The position numbers and the translations under genes were made by a program. Shown here piece after piece: positions 61,318-64,000 of a stretch of DNA of 64,000 nucleotides. The DNA comes from Chthoniobacteraceae bacterium (GTDB lineage Bacteria > Verrucomicrobiota > Verrucomicrobiia > Chthoniobacterales > Chthoniobacteraceae). The notes below the pieces were generated by a model. The model was not told where the DNA came from. It searched no databases and saw nothing but the letters and a program-made list of their open reading frames with translations. The stretch lies in contig JBBCIW010000002.1 of NCBI GenBank assembly GCA_037189865.1, positions 226,759 through 290,758 on the forward strand, read 5' to 3'. Position 1 is the stretch's first letter; each line of letters begins with the position of its first letter.

Positions 61318-62343
61318 ATGCCAGCTAAAATCTACACTGACAACGACGCCAGCCTGGAGCCGCTCCAGGGCAAAACCGCAGCCGTCATCGGCTTTGGCTC
61401 TCAGGGGCACGCCCACGCCCTCAACCTCAAAGACTCCGGCATCAACGTCATCATCGGCCTCTATCCGGAGAGCAAGTCGCGCCAGGTCGCTCTGGAAAAA
61501 GGGTTTGAAGTGTTCGACACCGCCGAGGCGGTGAAGAAGGCCGACGTGATCTTCGTCGCTGTCCCTGACACCAAGATTCCCGCTGTCTACAAGGCTGACA
61601 TCGAAGCCAACCTCGACAGCAGCAAGACGCTCCTTTTCAGCCACGGCTTTGCCGTTCACTTCAAGACGGTCGAACTCCCGACCGACATCGACGTCATCCT
61701 CGTCGCGCCGAAGGGGCCGGGCCATATCGTCCGCCGCCAGTTCACCGAAGGCAAAGGGGTTCCCTCGCTCATCGCCGTCTTCCAGAACGCCAGCGGTAAG
61801 GCGAAGGAAGTCGCCCTCGCTTGGGCCAAGGGGACCGGTGGCACCCGCGCCGGGGTCATCGAAACCTCCTTCAAGGAAGAGACCGAAACCGATCTCTTCG
61901 GTGAGCAGGTTGTCCTTTGCGGTGGCGCGAGCGCCTTGGTTGCTGCCGGGTTTGACGTGCTGGTGGAAGCCGGCTACTCCCCGGAGATGGCCTACTTCGA
62001 GTGTCTCCACGAATTGAAGCTGATCGTCGACCTGATGAACGAATCGGGCATCGCCGGGATGCGTTTCTCGATCTCCGAGACCGCCAAGTGGGGCGACGTC
62101 ACCATCGGACCGCGCATCATCGACGACTCCGTGAAGGCTCGCATGCGCGAAGTCCTCAAGGAGATCCAGAGCGGCCAGTTTGCCCGCGAGTGGGTCGCTG
62201 AGTACGAAGGTGGCTACAAGCGCTACAACGCCTTGCTCGAAGCCGGGGAAAAACACCCGATCGAAGAGACCGGCGAACTCCTGCGTTCCACCATGCCGTG
62301 GATCCAGAAGAAGAACCTGCGCGGGGCGCAAGCCGCTTACTAA
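61318..62343 (+). CDS. ilvC: Ketol-acid reductoisomerase (class I)
   Basis: 341 aa. Motifs are [48 protein letters not shown] and LCGG. Confidence 0.95.
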   Translation: MPAKIYTDNDASLEPLQGKTAAVIGFGSQGHAHALNLKDSGINVIIGLYPESKSRQVALEKGFEVFDTAEAVKKADVIFVAVPDTKIPAVYKADIEANLDSSKTLLFSHGFAVHFKTVELPTDIDVILVAPKGPGHIVRRQFTEGKGVPSLIAVFQNASGKAKEVALAWAKGTGGTRAGVIETSFKEETETDLFGEQVVLCGGASALVAAGFDVLVEAGYSPEMAYFECLHELKLIVDLMNESGIAGMRFSISETAKWGDVTIGPRIIDDSVKARMREVLKEIQSGQFAREWVAEYEGGYKRYNALLEAGEKHPIEETGELLRSTMPWIQKKNLRGAQAAY

Positions 62344-62378
62344 GCAGACTTCTCAGGGTTCACCTGATCATTTAACTA

Positions 62379-62420
62379 GGGCCGATTCCGCACCTTTTTG
62401 CGGGATCGGCCCTCTTTGTT
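62379..62420 (+). terminator. Rho-independent terminator after ilvC
   Basis: GGGCCGATTCCGCA (62379-62392), loop CCTTTT, TGCGGGATCGGCCC (62399-62412; 13/14 pairs plus one G-T), followed by TCTTTGTT. Confidence 0.7.
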
Positions 62421-62454
62421 GGGGCGTATCAGAGGGGAACCTTACCTTTTTCTT

Positions 62455-62682
62455 ATGAAACCGCTCCTAGTTACCGGCGTTATCCTGATCATCCTCGGCG
62501 CACTCTCCCTCGGCATCCCGGCCTTACGCTATACCGAGCGCGAGGAAGTGCTCAAACTCGGCCCGATCGAAGCGGTCGCCGAGCGGGAGCGCTCCGTCCC
62601 GATCCCGCCGGTGGTCGGCTGGGTCCTTCTCGCCGGGGGGCTTGGGCTGGTCGGCTTCGGTGCGATGCGTGGCAAAGGATAG
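62455..62682 (+). CDS. Small two-TM membrane protein (hypothetical)
   Basis: ATG 62455 lies inside track ORF 62398..62682. MKPLLVTGVILIILGALSLGIP ... VVGWVLLAGGLGLVGFGAM gives two hydrophobic helices in 75 aa. Confidence 0.45.
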   Translation: MKPLLVTGVILIILGALSLGIPALRYTEREEVLKLGPIEAVAERERSVPIPPVVGWVLLAGGLGLVGFGAMRGKG

Positions 62683-62722
62683 CTTGTCACCCGGCACGGG
62701 GGGTGCTTACCATCGGGCCACC

Positions 62723-63613
62723 ATGTCCACCACCTCCGTGCAGCCGCAGACTTTTACCCTTGGCCACTCTCCCGATCCTGACGACGCGTTCATGTTCTAC
62801 GCGATGGCGGAGGGGAAGATCGACCTGCGCGGCTATCGCTTCGAGCATATCCTGCAAGATATCCAGACCCTCAACGAACGGGCCACCCGGGGCGAACTCC
62901 ACATTTCGGCGATCTCGATCCACGCCTACGCCTACGTCCTCGACCGCTACGCCCTCCTGCCGTGCGGCGCAAGCATGGGTGACGGCTACGGGCCGATGCT
63001 GATCGCCACCTCCCGCGACGGGCTCGCCCCCGGTGCTTCCGATGATGAAATCCGAGCCTGGCTCAAAGGGAAGCGGATCGCTGTTCCCGGCGAGATGACG
63101 AGCGCCTACCTCGCCCTGCGCCTCTTCCTCGGAGCGGAAACGCCCCTCGAAACGGTCGTCGTCCCGTTTGATGAAATTTTTGCCCACGTCAAAGCCGGGG
63201 AGAGCCCGGTCGGCCTGATTATTCACGAAGGACAGGTCACCTACGAGCGCGACGGCTTCCTGAAAATCCGCGACTTCGGCGAATGGTGGAAAGAGCGCCA
63301 TCAACTCCCGCTCCCGCTCGGCGGCAACGTGATCCGCAAAGATCTCCCTGCCCCGCTGCGCCGCGAACTCTCCGATCTCCTGCGCGAGAGCGTGCAGTAC
63401 GGCCTTGATCACCGCGCCGCCGGGGTCGCCCATGCCATGCCGCTCGCCCGCGACATGAACACAGAACTGGCCGACCGCTTCATCGGCATGTATGTCAACG
63501 ACTACACGCTCGACTACGGCGAAGCGGGCCGGCGTTCCATCCGCCTCTTCCTCAAAGAAGCAGCAGACGCCAAGCTGATCCCCGCTCCGGTCGAGCTGGA
63601 ATTCGTCGAATAA
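62723..63613 (+). CDS. mqnD: Futalosine-pathway menaquinone biosynthesis protein, MqnD-like (1,4-dihydroxy-6-naphthoate synthase family; MqnA/MqnD superfamily)
   Basis: ATG 62723 lies inside track ORF 62642..63613. LGHSPDPDDAFMFYA, GLIIHEGQVTYE and DFGEWWKERHQLPLPLGGNVIRKDL run colinear with the MqnD sequences I remember (SPCPND..., IIHESRFTY, LG.WWE..TGLPLPLG). Separating MqnA from MqnD needs an HMM. Confidence 0.65.
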   Translation: MSTTSVQPQTFTLGHSPDPDDAFMFYAMAEGKIDLRGYRFEHILQDIQTLNERATRGELHISAISIHAYAYVLDRYALLPCGASMGDGYGPMLIATSRDGLAPGASDDEIRAWLKGKRIAVPGEMTSAYLALRLFLGAETPLETVVVPFDEIFAHVKAGESPVGLIIHEGQVTYERDGFLKIRDFGEWWKERHQLPLPLGGNVIRKDLPAPLRRELSDLLRESVQYGLDHRAAGVAHAMPLARDMNTELADRFIGMYVNDYTLDYGEAGRRSIRLFLKEAADAKLIPAPVELEFVE

Positions 63614-63630
63614 CGCCGCCCGCTCCCCCC

Positions 63631-64000
63631 ATGAGTCGCGGCCTTGTCGTCCATACCGGCAACCAGCTTGAGACGCTGGCCGACGACCTCGCCGCCCTTC
63701 TCGCCACCTCCCCGCCCGACCCGCTGCGGCGGGAGGTGGTGGTCGTCCAGAGTCAGGGGATGCAACGCTGGGTCACGCTGCGGCTGGCCGAGCGGCTCGG
63801 GCTCTGCATGCAGGTCGTTTTCCCTTTCCCGAGAGCCTTCCTCGAAGAGAGCCTCCACGCCCTCCTCCCCGGAGAGGCAAACGCTCCCGCTGCCACGATC
63901 GAGGCGATGACGTGGCGGCTCCAGACCCTTCTCCCCGCCTTTCTGCCGCAACCGGCGTTTGAGCCGCTGCGCCATTACCTGAGCGATGGCGACCCGCTCA
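63631..64000 (+). CDS. recC: Exodeoxyribonuclease V gamma subunit RecC, N-terminal fragment (runs off the window)
   Basis: Not in the track (no stop in the window). Hand translation gives MSRGLVVHTGNQLETLADDLAALL...REVVVVQSQGMQRWVTLRLAERLGLCMQVVFPFPRAFL...MTWRLQTLLPAFL...LRHYLSDG. This matches the E. coli RecC N-terminal pattern (YHSN.L..L ... VQS.GM.QWL ... F.LP..F ... M.WKLM.LLP ... L..YL.DD). Confidence 0.75.
   Translation, partial: MSRGLVVHTGNQLETLADDLAALLATSPPDPLRREVVVVQSQGMQRWVTLRLAERLGLCMQVVFPFPRAFLEESLHALLPGEANAPAATIEAMTWRLQTLLPAFLPQPAFEPLRHYLSDGDPL

Noticed and set aside
60825-62343. ilvN-ilvC without an adjacent ilvB (large subunit) as evidence of a broken pathway.
   Set aside because: Large-subunit genes are often located elsewhere, and nothing in the window indicates decay. 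Both genes are intact with strong motifs and a clean terminator.

Overview
Densely coding, high-GC window (about 60-65% by eye, not computed). I saw no rRNA, tRNA, CRISPR array, transposase or integrase. The gene content points to a Verrucomicrobiota/PVC-type chromosome (inference): PEP-CTERM sorting tails, autotransporter-associated beta-strand (PATR) repeats, four H-X9-DG/DUF1559 prepilin-like proteins and a futalosine-pathway gene.

Layout:
- 1-9.5 kb: a divergent LamG protein, then a translationally coupled operon (secreted CBM9-like glycosidase, class-III aminotransferase, Gfo/Idh/MocA oxidoreductase, two tandem BNR-4-like beta-propeller paralogues) followed by a GntR/FadR regulator.
- 9.6-14 kb: tetrapyrrole operon (ccsA/hemX-like, hemA, hemC, cobA-hemD fusion).
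- 14-17.3 kb: a truncated Hsp70 plus a protein with an HPD-less J-like domain and a Cys-less FGE-like domain. This is my top candidate for an undescribed system.
- 17.3-21.8 kb: a visibly lower-GC stretch with an OMP beta-barrel, an orphan lipoprotein-like gene, an alpha/beta hydrolase and two pilin-like genes.
- 21.8-25.4 kb: glgB plus a GT4 glycosyltransferase.
- 25.5-50.7 kb: three regulator-controlled cassettes, each combining a PATR/PEP-CTERM surface protein, an H-X9-DG prepilin-like protein and secreted beta-helix/CBM9/glycosidase-like proteins. This is my second candidate system.
- 50.9-57 kb: tamB-tamA.
- 57-64 kb: yihY/brkB, alkaline phosphatase, sialate O-acetylesterase-like, ilvN-ilvC, a small membrane protein, an MqnD-like gene and the 5' end of recC.

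Twelve adjacent gene pairs share 4-bp ATGA/GTGA start-stop overlaps, so most clusters look like true operons. All family assignments come from motif recognition by eye; no HMM or BLAST search was run. The ORF track uses GTG/TTG as M, and several listed ORFs are over-extended at the 5' end, so I re-set those starts.
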